DNA from: an uncultured Actinomycetes bacterium
GTDB lineage: Bacteria > Actinomycetota > Acidimicrobiia > Acidimicrobiales > RAAP-2
Reading direction: 5' to 3'
Assembly (NCBI GenBank): GCA_903825765.1
Contig: CAIKBU010000091.1
Location: 1,791 to 65,790 of the forward strand
Length of the DNA stretch: 64,000 bases
In this document: one piece after another, positions 55,679 through 64,000 of the stretch
Layout of the letters: every line of letters starts with the position of its first letter
Position numbering within the stretch: position 1 is the stretch's first letter
Notes under the pieces: model-generated
The model's input: only the letters and a program-made list of their open reading frames with translations
The model's database searches: none
Told to the model about the DNA's origin: nothing
Position numbers and translations under genes: made by a program

Positions 55679-56824
55679 ATGAAAATTGCATTGTTCAAAG
55701 AGTCGCGCCCCGGGGAAACTCGCGTCGCCTTGACTCCCGACGCAGTCAAGCTACTCGTCAAGGACGGTTGGACCGTTGACGTCGAGCACGGTGCTGGCGA
55801 GCGCGCGCACTACAGCGACGCACGGTACGTCGAGGCGGGGGCCACCATTGTTGAAGCCGCCGCCGGCGACATAAACGTGCGGGTTAATGCCCCCACTCTC
55901 GATGAGGTGGCACGACTTCCCGAAGGGTCGCTGCACCTCTCGTTCCTCTCACCACTGCTCGCGAGTGACATCGTGGCGGCCATGAATGAGCGACGCATCA
56001 CCATTTGCTCCTTCGACCTCCTTCCTCGCATTTCTCGGGCCCAGTACATGGACGCCCTATCGTCGCAGGCCACCGTGTCGGGCTACCGGGCGGCGTTGGC
56101 TGGCGCGCAACACTTCGACCGCTTCTTCCCACTTCTCACCACGGCCGCAGGAACCATTCGCCCGGCCAAGGTGCTCGTCATGGGTGTCGGGGTGGCCGGC
56201 CTCCAGGCCATCGCCACCGCCAAGCGACTCGGTGCCAAGGTGCGCGCCTACGACGTCCGCTCGGCCGCGAAGGAAGAAGCCGAGTCCGCTGGTGCGGTCT
56301 TCGTCAAACTTGGTGTCACCGCCGACGCCGCGGGTGGCTACGCCCGTGAACTCACCGACGAAGAAAAACTCGCGCAGCAGGCGGCGCTCTTGTCCGAGGT
56401 CGCGAGTGCCGACATCGTGATCACCACCGCGGCGGTACCGGGTCGCAAGGCGCCAATCTTGCTCACGCAAGCGATGGTCGAAGCCATGGGCGAAGGTTCA
56501 CTAGTCATCGACATGGCCGCTGATGGCGGCGGTAACTGCGAGCTCACCAAGGTGGGGGAGGTCGTTGAACACAACGGCGTTCGCGTCGTGGGCCTGGCCA
56601 ACCCACCCGCCCAGATGGGGGCCCACGCCAGTTTCATGTACGCCAACAATGTCATCAAGTTGCTCGGGCTCTTTGGAACCAAGGGCGAACTCGCACCCGA
56701 CTGGAACGACGAGGTCGTCCGCGGCGTCACCGTGGCGCGCAATGGTGCTATCGCCCACGCACCCACGGCCGAAAAACTCGGTCTGCCTCACGTTGCAATT
56801 ACTGAAGTAAAGGAAGAGAACTAA
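55679..56824 (+). CDS. pntAA: NAD(P) transhydrogenase subunit alpha part 1
   Basis: Alanine dehydrogenase-like dI domain with VLVMGVGVAGLQAIATAKRLGA. Confidence 0.9.
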   Translation: MKIALFKESRPGETRVALTPDAVKLLVKDGWTVDVEHGAGERAHYSDARYVEAGATIVEAAAGDINVRVNAPTLDEVARLPEGSLHLSFLSPLLASDIVAAMNERRITICSFDLLPRISRAQYMDALSSQATVSGYRAALAGAQHFDRFFPLLTTAAGTIRPAKVLVMGVGVAGLQAIATAKRLGAKVRAYDVRSAAKEEAESAGAVFVKLGVTADAAGGYARELTDEEKLAQQAALLSEVASADIVITTAAVPGRKAPILLTQAMVEAMGEGSLVIDMAADGGGNCELTKVGEVVEHNGVRVVGLANPPAQMGAHASFMYANNVIKLLGLFGTKGELAPDWNDEVVRGVTVARNGAIAHAPTAEKLGLPHVAITEVKEEN

Positions 56825-57141
56825 TGGGAAATGTCCTACTGCAGTACGCCACGGTGCTGATGCTCAGCATTTTCGTCGGTATTGAAATTATCGCCAAGGT
56901 GCCGAGCATCTTGCACACGCCGCTCATGAGTGGCTCCAACGCGATTCACGGGGTGATCTTGGTGGGGTCGATGCTCGTTCTCGGGTCAGCCACGACCAAC
57001 CTCGAAGAGGTGCTCGGCTTCCTCGCAGTTATTTTGGCCACGCTCAATGTCGTCGGCGGCTTCGTCGTCACTGACCGCATGCTCGAAATGTTCAAGGCCA
57101 AGCCCGCGAAGGCGGCGAAGAAGGATGAGGTGGCCTCATGA
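56824..57141 (+). CDS. pntAB: NAD(P) transhydrogenase subunit alpha part 2 (membrane)
   Basis: 105 aa with 3 TM spans and SGSNAIHGV. TAATG junction with pntAA. Confidence 0.85.
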   Translation: MGNVLLQYATVLMLSIFVGIEIIAKVPSILHTPLMSGSNAIHGVILVGSMLVLGSATTNLEEVLGFLAVILATLNVVGGFVVTDRMLEMFKAKPAKAAKKDEVAS

Positions 57142-58532
57142 GTCGCGAAACACTCATTGACCTGCTCTACCTGGTTGCCGCGACGACGTTTATCGTCGCG
57201 CTGAAGGGACTCGGCTCGCCGAAGCGCGCTCGTCAGGGCAACTTGCTGGCCGCCGTGGGCATGGTGATTGCCATCGTGGCCACGTTCTTCAAGCAGATTG
57301 ACGGACACCCGCTGCACCACGTGGGCCTGATTGTGCTGGGCATGGTGATTGGACTCGTCGTGGCAGTTCCCGCCGCCCGACTCGTGCAGATGACCGCTAT
57401 GCCCCAGCTCGTCGCCATTTTCAACGGTGTCGGTGGTGGCGCAGCCGCCCTGGTGTCCATCACTGAGTTCAGTCACATTCACGCCAGCCACCCCGCCACC
57501 TACGTGACACTCGAAGTGCTCCTGGGTGTCCTCATCGGTACCGTGTCGTTCTCGGGTTCGGCGATTGCCTACGCCAAGTTGCAAGAACTTATGACTGGTC
57601 GCCCCGTGACCTACCCCGGTCAGCAGATCCTGAACGCCATCTTTGGTCTCGGGGCCCTCGGGCTCATCGTGGCCATTTTGGTCTCGGGCGCCACCTCAGT
57701 ACTGTGGGTCCTCTTGGCGTTGTCTTTCGTCTTGGGCATCGCCTTCGTCCTGCCTATTGGTGGTGCCGACGTCCCCGTGCTCATCTCGCTCCTCAACTCC
57801 TTTACCGGTCTGGCCGTGGCGGCCTCGGGCTTTACCTTGGGTTCGAACCTGCTCATCGTGGCCGGTACGTTGGTTGGCGCTTCGGGCATCTTGCTCACCC
57901 GTTTGATGAGTAAGGCAATGGGTCGCTCACTGGCCAACGTCCTGTTCTCCGCATTCGGATCGGCGACGACGTCGTCATCAAGCGCAAGTGCTGACCAGCG
58001 CCCCGTGCGTTCGGGCAGTCCCGAGGACGCCGGTATCTTGATGGGCTTCGCCTCGCGCGTCGCCATCATCCCCGGCTACGGCCTCGCGGTGGCCCAGGCC
58101 CAGCACGTACTACGCGAGCTGGCCGAACAGCTTGAGGCCAAGGGGATTGAAGTCTTCTACGCCATTCACCCCGTGGCCGGTCGCATGCCCGGGCACATGA
58201 ACGTGCTTCTCGCCGAGGCCAACGTGCCCTACGAGCAGTTGCTCGAACTTGACGAGGCAAACTCCGAGCTCCAGACGGCCGACGTGGCCCTCGTCGTGGG
58301 CGCCAACGACACCGTCAATCCGGCCGCTTCGGATGACAAGAGCTCGCCCATTTACGGTATGCCGATTATTCACGCCGACTTGGCCGAAAACGTCATTTTC
58401 CTCAAGCGCTCCATGCGACCAGGATTTGCCGGCATCGAGAATGAATTGCTCTATAACCCGAAGACCACGCTGGTCTTCGGCGACGCCAAGGACACGCTGA
58501 CCAAGTTGGTCGCCGCCGTCAAGGCCAACTAG
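57138..58532 (+). CDS. pntB: NAD(P) transhydrogenase subunit beta
   Basis: Membrane dII plus the dIII NADP(H) domain (IIPGYGLAVAQAQH, GANDTVNP). Confidence 0.95.
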   Translation: MSRETLIDLLYLVAATTFIVALKGLGSPKRARQGNLLAAVGMVIAIVATFFKQIDGHPLHHVGLIVLGMVIGLVVAVPAARLVQMTAMPQLVAIFNGVGGGAAALVSITEFSHIHASHPATYVTLEVLLGVLIGTVSFSGSAIAYAKLQELMTGRPVTYPGQQILNAIFGLGALGLIVAILVSGATSVLWVLLALSFVLGIAFVLPIGGADVPVLISLLNSFTGLAVAASGFTLGSNLLIVAGTLVGASGILLTRLMSKAMGRSLANVLFSAFGSATTSSSSASADQRPVRSGSPEDAGILMGFASRVAIIPGYGLAVAQAQHVLRELAEQLEAKGIEVFYAIHPVAGRMPGHMNVLLAEANVPYEQLLELDEANSELQTADVALVVGANDTVNPAASDDKSSPIYGMPIIHADLAENVIFLKRSMRPGFAGIENELLYNPKTTLVFGDAKDTLTKLVAAVKAN

Positions 58533-58536
58533 CGTC

Positions 58537-58579
58537 AAAAATCCCCCTCGGGCCCCTTCGGGCTCGAGGGGGATTTTTT
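58537..58579. terminator. Bidirectional intrinsic terminator between pntB and the convergent aldo/keto reductase gene
   Basis: AAAAATCCCCCTCG ... CGAGGGGGATTTTT form a perfect 14-bp stem around a GC-rich loop, flanked by an A-tract and a T-tract. Confidence 0.75.
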
Positions 58580-58581
58580 AC

Positions 58582-59508
58582 TTAAGCGGTCAGCACGTTG
58601 AGCAGGGCAATCTGCTCGTTCGTCAGCGTCGTGACCGCAGCGACGTTCGCTACGACCTGCGTCGGGCTTGAGGCACCGGCAATCACCGATGACACTGACG
58701 AGTGCGATAACAGCCAGGAGAAGGCCAAGGTCAAGATCGGGATCTCAATTTCGTCGGCGTGGTTGAGCAAATCGCCGACGCGACCGAGCAGTACATCACT
58801 CGTCCAGTGCGCCGCGCGCTCCGGCGGCATGAGTGACAGGCGTGTTCCCTCGGGAATGGGCTGGCCCGGTTGCACCTTGCCGGTGAGCAGACCGTTGGCC
58901 AGCGGGTAGTACGGCAAGAAAGCCACGCCGTTGGCGTCACAGAAGTCGAGGACGCCATCGGTCTGAGGCAAACGATAGAGCAGTGAAAACTGACTCTGCA
59001 CTGACACGAAGCGTGGTCCCTCCCCCGCGGCGGCCTGCGCATCGGCGAGCTCCTGCGCCGAAAAGTTGGAACAACCGATTTCGCGCACCTTGCCCTCGGC
59101 GACGAGTTCTTGCAGGGCGCCGATTGTTTCGGCGATGGGGGCGCCGGTGGGGCCAACGGGATAGTGGAACTGGTAGAGATCGATGTAGTCGGTGCCGAGG
59201 CGGGTCAGTGACTGTTCACAGGCCCACTTGACGTACTCGGCCGAGCCATCAAATCCGGATTGGTCGTACTTGACACCGAATTTGGACGCAATAACGGCCT
59301 CGTGGCGGCGAGTGCCGAGGGCGCGGCCGAGGAACATCTCAGATTCGAGGCCACCGTAGATGTCGGCAGTATCAAAGAAATTCACGCCAGCGTCGAGCGC
59401 TCCCTGCACCACTGCCGTTGTCTGGTCTTGGTCGAGACGGGCGCCAAAGTTATTGCAGCCCACGCCGACTTCTGAAACAGTCAGTGAACCAATAGATCGG
59501 GTGTGCAT
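58582..59508 (-). CDS. Aldo/keto reductase
   Basis: GCNNFG, DTADIYG and SKFG motifs; 308 aa. Confidence 0.9.
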   Translation of the reverse strand: MHTRSIGSLTVSEVGVGCNNFGARLDQDQTTAVVQGALDAGVNFFDTADIYGGLESEMFLGRALGTRRHEAVIASKFGVKYDQSGFDGSAEYVKWACEQSLTRLGTDYIDLYQFHYPVGPTGAPIAETIGALQELVAEGKVREIGCSNFSAQELADAQAAAGEGPRFVSVQSQFSLLYRLPQTDGVLDFCDANGVAFLPYYPLANGLLTGKVQPGQPIPEGTRLSLMPPERAAHWTSDVLLGRVGDLLNHADEIEIPILTLAFSWLLSHSSVSSVIAGASSPTQVVANVAAVTTLTNEQIALLNVLTA

Positions 59509-59574
59509 AGAACTCCTTCGCGCTATTCGGCAGACTTCCTAACGAACAGGTACGACAAATACTAAGGTCGAGGC

Positions 59575-59766
59575 ATGAAAGTAAGTGTCAATTTCGACCG
59601 TTGCTCCTCAAACGCAGTGTGCATGGGCATCGCGCCCGAAGTCTTTGACGTCCGCGACGACGGGTACCTCTATCTCCTGACCGACGAACCCGGCGCCGAG
59701 CTTGAGCTTGCGGTACGCCAGGCGGCTGCCGTATGTCCCAACGGCGCCATCATCATCGAGGAATAG
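59575..59766 (+). CDS. fdx: Small single-cluster ferredoxin (CxxNxxC...CP, likely [3Fe-4S])
   Basis: 63 aa with CSSNAVCMGIAPEVF ... VCPNGAI. Lies 3 nt upstream of gltX. Confidence 0.8.
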   Translation: MKVSVNFDRCSSNAVCMGIAPEVFDVRDDGYLYLLTDEPGAELELAVRQAAAVCPNGAIIIEE

Positions 59767-59769
59767 ACC

Positions 59770-61221
59770 ATGAACGGACCTCGCGTCCGGTTCGCGCCAT
59801 CGCCCACGGGATACTTCCACGTCGGCTCGGCACGCTCCGCGCTCTTTAACTGGTTTATCGCCCGCCAGTCCCCCGACGGCGTTTTCATATTGCGCATCGA
59901 GGACACCGACACCGATCGCAATCGCGAGGAGTGGGTCGACGGTATCGTCAGCGCCATGGCCTGGCTCGGACTCGACCTCGACGCTGGCCCCTTTCGCCAG
60001 AGTGCTAATCACGTCGCGCACACCGACGCCACCCAACGCTTGCTCGACGGTGGCTACCTCTACTTCTGCGATTGCACTGGCGACGATGTCGCGGCGCGCA
60101 AGGGTGATAACAAAACCCCCGGCTACGACGGATTCTGTCGGGACCGAGGTCTGGCTCGTGGCGAGCGCACCGCATTGCGATTCGCGACACCGCGCACCGG
60201 CGCAACCGTCGTCCCTGACCTCATTCGTGGTGACGTGGAGTTCCAAAACATCGTCATTGACGACTTCGTGGTGGCGAAGTCATCCGGGGCCGTCCTCTAC
60301 GCCCTCGCCAACGTCACCGACGACCGTAACGACGCCATCACGCACGTCATCCGTGGTGAAGAGCACCTTCCTAATGCCCCGAAGCAGATGTTGTTATGGT
60401 CTGCACTCAACGCCGTAACCGGCGTCGACGTGCCGTTGCCGGCCTACGCCCACCTGCCGTTGCTCGTCAACGAGCAACGAAAGAAGCTCTCCAAGCGCAA
60501 GGATCCCGTCGCGACCGAGTCGTACCGCGATGAAGGGTACTTGCCCGAAGCCTTCGTCAACTACCTCGCCCTCCTCGGCTGGAGTCCGCGCGGTGATGAG
60601 GAAATCGTGCCGCGACAGACGTTGATTAATGAGTTCCGACTCGAGGACGTCTCCCACTCCCCCGCCTTCTTCGACGTGAAGAAAATGCGCTCCTTTAACG
60701 GTGAGTACATCCGTCGACTTTCCCTCGACGAGTTCCTGGCCGCGGTGGCTCCGTGGGTGCGACCATGGGCCACCAACTGGCAGCCCACCGACCGCACGGT
60801 GCCTTGGACGAAGGAGCAGTTCGACGAAGCACTCTTCACTCGCGTGGCCCCACTCGTGCAAGAGCGCGTGGCCGTACTGAGCGAAGTCCCCTCGATGGTC
60901 GCCTTCTTCTTTCTCGACACCGCCCCCTATGACGACGCCGACTTCGCCAAGACCATCGCCAACGATCCGCTCAATCAGGCCCTCCTCGCCGCCGCGATTG
61001 AACGATTTGCCTCAGAGGAATGGAACGCGACGTCGTTGCACGCATCGGTCGTTGAGCTCGGCGAAGCCATGGGACTAAATCTTCGCAAGGCGCAGGCCCC
61101 TATTCGCTGCGCCGTGACCGGTTCACTCGTCGGACCGCCACTCTTTGAGTCACTCGAGTTTCTGGGTCGGGAGCGGACGCTGACCCGTCTGCGCGAGGCG
61201 CTCGAGCGTTGTTCGGCCTAG
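59770..61221 (+). CDS. gltX: Glutamyl-tRNA synthetase
   Basis: RFAPSPTGYFHVGSARSALFNW (HIGH-type) and KLSKRK (KMSKS). Confidence 0.95.
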   Translation: MNGPRVRFAPSPTGYFHVGSARSALFNWFIARQSPDGVFILRIEDTDTDRNREEWVDGIVSAMAWLGLDLDAGPFRQSANHVAHTDATQRLLDGGYLYFCDCTGDDVAARKGDNKTPGYDGFCRDRGLARGERTALRFATPRTGATVVPDLIRGDVEFQNIVIDDFVVAKSSGAVLYALANVTDDRNDAITHVIRGEEHLPNAPKQMLLWSALNAVTGVDVPLPAYAHLPLLVNEQRKKLSKRKDPVATESYRDEGYLPEAFVNYLALLGWSPRGDEEIVPRQTLINEFRLEDVSHSPAFFDVKKMRSFNGEYIRRLSLDEFLAAVAPWVRPWATNWQPTDRTVPWTKEQFDEALFTRVAPLVQERVAVLSEVPSMVAFFFLDTAPYDDADFAKTIANDPLNQALLAAAIERFASEEWNATSLHASVVELGEAMGLNLRKAQAPIRCAVTGSLVGPPLFESLEFLGRERTLTRLREALERCSA

Positions 61222-61847
61222 TTTTCGGCCCACTGCGTTTGTTGGTGCGCGTAGTAAGCGCCCTCTTCTCGCTCGTGGTCGTGTACCTGGGCGTGACCTT
61301 CACGCAAATATGGCTCACGTCGCATACGCACTCGACGGGGGCCGCTCAGGCCATTCTCGTGTTCGGGTGCGAGGAGAGTAACGGCGTACCGTCGAAGGAC
61401 CTTGCGGCACGACTCGACGAGGCGCTCGTCGTCTACCGCGCCCATCGCGCTCCGTGGGTTGTCGTGACGGGCGGGAATCTACCCGGTGACGCTTACACCG
61501 AAGCGGGCGTCTCAGCGACGTATCTCGAGCAGCGTGGCGTGCCGGCGTCACGCATCATTATTGGCAGTGGGAACGATACGTGGCAGAACGTCAGCAGTGT
61601 CATCATTCGCATGAAGCAACGGAGTCTTCACATCGTCATTACCGTGACTGATCCCTTTCACGAATACCGAGCTATGGCCATCGCGTCAGCGCAGGGTCTC
61701 TCACCCGAGCCCTCGCCAGTGCCGGCGAATCAGTATGAGAAATCGCATCTCTGGAGTTTCTACGCGAAGGAGACACTGGCGGTTAGCCTTGGTCGCCTCG
61801 TCGGGTACGACACCCTCAGTCAGTTGACGACCCGCCACGGTCTGTAG
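61209..61847 (+). CDS. DUF218 (YdcF/ElyC/SanA-like) domain protein
   Basis: N-terminal TM. ILVFGCEE...LDEALVVYRAHRAPWVVVTGG is typical of DUF218. Confidence 0.7.
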   Translation: MFGLVFGPLRLLVRVVSALFSLVVVYLGVTFTQIWLTSHTHSTGAAQAILVFGCEESNGVPSKDLAARLDEALVVYRAHRAPWVVVTGGNLPGDAYTEAGVSATYLEQRGVPASRIIIGSGNDTWQNVSSVIIRMKQRSLHIVITVTDPFHEYRAMAIASAQGLSPEPSPVPANQYEKSHLWSFYAKETLAVSLGRLVGYDTLSQLTTRHGL

Positions 61848-61894
61848 GTCGTCTGGCGAGCGGGTGCCCCACTCGGGTAAGATTGCCAAGCCCT

Positions 61895-61966
61895 TCGGGG
61901 GTGGTGTAATTGGCAACACAACTGGTTCTGGTCCAGTTATTCAGGGTTCGAGTCCTTGCCCCCGAG
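61895..61966 (+). tRNA. tRNA-Gln (anticodon CTG)
   Basis: Hand-folded cloverleaf. Acceptor TCGGGGG/CCCCCGA, D stem GTGT/ACAC, anticodon stem ACTGG/CCAGT with loop TTCTGGT, T arm CAGGG-TTCGAGT-CCTTG. 72 nt; CCA not encoded. Confidence 0.9.
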
Positions 61967-62003
61967 CGAAGTGAGAGGTTGATTCCACAACCTCTCACCT
62001 CAT

Positions 62004-62076
62004 GGTCCCATCGTCTAGTGGCCTAGGACAATACCCTCTCAAGGTATAGGCACGGGTTCGAATCCCGTTGGGACTG
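62004..62076 (+). tRNA. tRNA-Glu (anticodon CTC)
   Basis: Hand-folded cloverleaf. Acceptor GGTCCCA/TGGGACT (G1-U72 wobble), D arm GTCT-AGTGGCCTA-GGAC, anticodon stem ATACC/GGTAT with loop CTCTCAA, T arm ACGGG-TTCGAAT-CCCGT. 73 nt. Confidence 0.9.
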
Positions 62077-62130
62077 CGATTTTCAGGTTTTCGCAGGAGT
62101 GTCATCTCCTTGTCGTACGATGAGTGAACG

Positions 62131-62523
62131 ATGTGGCAGGCTCCCGATATCCAAGATGTGGCGATTGAGGTCAGCCAATGCCTGATAAAGGGCGACACCA
62201 GTTCCGCATTTCGCGTGATTGCTCGGTTTCTTGAGTTCTACGATAAGGCCGACTGGCCGAACCGGGAGCGCATGGTTCTGCCTCGTCCAGACTTCACTGG
62301 CAGCAAACACTATGACGCGATGTTGGCTGGCATCGTCGAGTATGCCTGTGCGACCCACCAGGTCCTCGCGCCCGCATGGGTCAATGATCCCCAATTCTTC
62401 CTCGATGAGTTCTGGTTCGTGTCCGGAATGAAGTCGCTTCACGCTGACGCCATTGCGCACAGCCCGATCTCTTTCAAGCGACGAGGCGTTTTTTTGACGC
62501 AGGGTGCCTTGACCTACGCATGA
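62131..62523 (+). CDS. Hypothetical protein, upstream partner of the nucleotidyltransferase gene (possible antitoxin-like component lacking an obvious HTH)
   Basis: 130 aa in the lower-GC region. ATGA overlap with the downstream gene. No recognisable motif. Confidence 0.4.
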   Translation: MWQAPDIQDVAIEVSQCLIKGDTSSAFRVIARFLEFYDKADWPNRERMVLPRPDFTGSKHYDAMLAGIVEYACATHQVLAPAWVNDPQFFLDEFWFVSGMKSLHADAIAHSPISFKRRGVFLTQGALTYA

Positions 62524-63074
62524 TGACCTTCCTCGGACGCAATGAACTTTTGAATGCCTTCGAGTTGTTAGATAACGAGTTGGGCACGATGGGTGTCGAA
62601 GCCGATCTGTTCGTTGTCGGAGGAGCTGCCATGGCTGTGGCCTATGACGCCCGCCGGGCGACCACCGACGTCGATGCCATATTCGTACCTTCGAAGGAAG
62701 TACGCACGGCCGCTCTGAGGGTGGCTGAAGTATTGGGCCTCGAAGAAGACTGGCTCAATGACGGTGTGAAGGGATTCTTGCCTGGTGAAGACGTAGAGCA
62801 GATAGGTGTCTATGAGGGGAAGAACCTGCACGTGGCTGCGGCCTCACCCAAGTTTCTGTTGGCAATGAAGTTAATGGCTTCTCGAACCGAACGTGATACC
62901 GATGACATCAAGACTCTTTACGAAATTTGCGGATTGACAACTGCGGAAGAGGGACTGGCGGTTCTGGAGTCCTTCTACCCCCAAGATCTCATTCTTCCTC
63001 GGGTCCAGTTCTTGTTACAAGAGATGTTTCCCGGACCTCCTCGCCTTGATAGAGGTAATGGGCTGTCTCTCTGA
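62520..63074 (+). CDS. Minimal nucleotidyltransferase-fold protein (AbiEii/DUF6036-like)
   Basis: NTase signature VVGGAAMAVAYDARRATTDVDAIF (GG-X15-DVD); 184 aa. Confidence 0.55.
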   Translation: MMTFLGRNELLNAFELLDNELGTMGVEADLFVVGGAAMAVAYDARRATTDVDAIFVPSKEVRTAALRVAEVLGLEEDWLNDGVKGFLPGEDVEQIGVYEGKNLHVAAASPKFLLAMKLMASRTERDTDDIKTLYEICGLTTAEEGLAVLESFYPQDLILPRVQFLLQEMFPGPPRLDRGNGLSL

Positions 63075-63168
63075 AGTGCGGCCGCTGCATCGAGGATGTA
63101 TAGCGATATTTATGACGCACCTTAGGGAGAGAACCGCTTCAGTCCCGTCGCATCAATGCAAGTAATGT

Positions 63169-64000
63169 GGCTCTTCGGATTTCAGCGGGGGATTGACCTC
63201 GGGGGCCATCATCGTGAAGTAGACGAAGGTGCTTCAAGATTGAGTTGTGAGACTTAAAACTGAAAACACCTTCGTCCTCGTCAACCATACCGAGATTCTG
63301 GAGGCGCTCGTTGGGCTCAAGGACGTTCAGGTCCTGGCTTACGAGCGCCGCGGACCCAAGGTGACTCTGGTGATCGAACAGACCCCCGGTGAGGTGCTCT
63401 GCCCCTCGTGCGAGGCCCGCGCGCACGTCAAGGAGCGCCCCGTCGTCTCCTACGTGGATCTGCCCGTCTACGGATCAGCGATGACACTTTCGTGGAAGAA
63501 GCACCGATATTGCTGCGTCAACCCCGCGTGCTCGACGGGCTCGTGGGTGCTCAGTGATCACCGGATCGCCGCCAAGAACTGCTTGCTCACCACGAGAGCG
63601 GCCAAGTGGGCCACACGCCAGGTGGGCGATGGACGCACGGTCTCTGAAGTCGCCGCCGAGCTCAGCTGCGACTGGCACACCGTCAATGACGCCGTCCTCA
63701 CCTACGGCGAGGCCCTGCTCGCGGCCGCCCGCAAGCGCCTCTCTATCACCTCGGCCATTGGCCTCGATGAGACCTCCTTCGTCAAACACTCCGGTCACGC
63801 GCATCCGCACTACGCCACCACCGTCGCGGACGTTCAGAACCATCAGATCATCGAGATCCTGCCCTCACGCAACTACGTCGACGTCGCCAAATGGGTGAAT
63901 AACCAGTCCGATTCCTGGAAGGAGCGCATTGTCTACGGGGCCCTCGACATGTCCCCCGCCTACGCCGCCGTCTACTCAGTGGCCCTACCCCGGGCGGCCC
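63169..64000 (+). mobile_element. ISL3-family insertion sequence, left end (continues beyond the window)
   Basis: The terminal sequence GGCTCTTCGGATTTC matches the GGCTCTTC-type inverted-repeat start that I recall for ISL3-family elements. The transposase ORF begins 77 nt inside. Confidence 0.75.
63246..64000 (+). CDS. ISL3-family transposase, N-terminal 251 aa (open to the window end; not in the ORF track)
   Basis: Hand translation from GTG 63246 gives VRLKTENTFVLVNHTEILEALVGLKDVQVLAYER...CPSCEARAHVKERPVVSYVDLPVYGSAMTLSWKKHRYCCVNPAC...IGLDETSF. These are the zf-ISL3, HTH and start of the DDE domain. Confidence 0.85.

Noticed and set aside
63139-63426. 95-aa minus-strand ORF
   Set aside because: It spans the IS inverted repeat and is antisense to the transposase N-terminus. 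It has no motif.

Overview
A 64 kb, high-GC, very tightly packed chromosomal segment. It carries actinobacterial signature genes: WhiB next to a PdtaS-type kinase, CtaF, DUF3107, and the MSMEG_4193/DUF3090/SCO1664 triad. Almost everything is core metabolism. Main blocks: (1) a four-gene operon joining an FrhB-like Fe-S/flavin protein to the functionally unassigned phosphomutase/DUF3090/kinase-like triad; (2) etfBA; (3) whiB-pdtaS; (4) a complete histidine biosynthesis supercluster led by a TrpR/YerC-like gene and containing a hisC-hisB(IGPD) fusion; (5) a complete, colinear System I cytochrome c maturation operon (ccmABCDEFGHI), which is unexpected in an actinobacterial setting; (6) cysS and valS; (7) a respiratory block sdhCAB-ctaFDC-tatA; (8) pntAA-AB-B; (9) fdx-gltX-tRNAGln-tRNAGlu, followed by a lower-GC islet with a two-gene nucleotidyltransferase module and the left end of an ISL3-family IS that runs off the window. 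No CRISPR array, rRNA or prophage was seen. Same-strand genes mostly overlap by ATGA/GTGA. Nine convergent gene pairs overlap by exactly 4 nt through shared stop codons. All calls rest on reading the supplied translations and DNA by eye. No database search was run, so family names are recognition-based and start codons are provisional.
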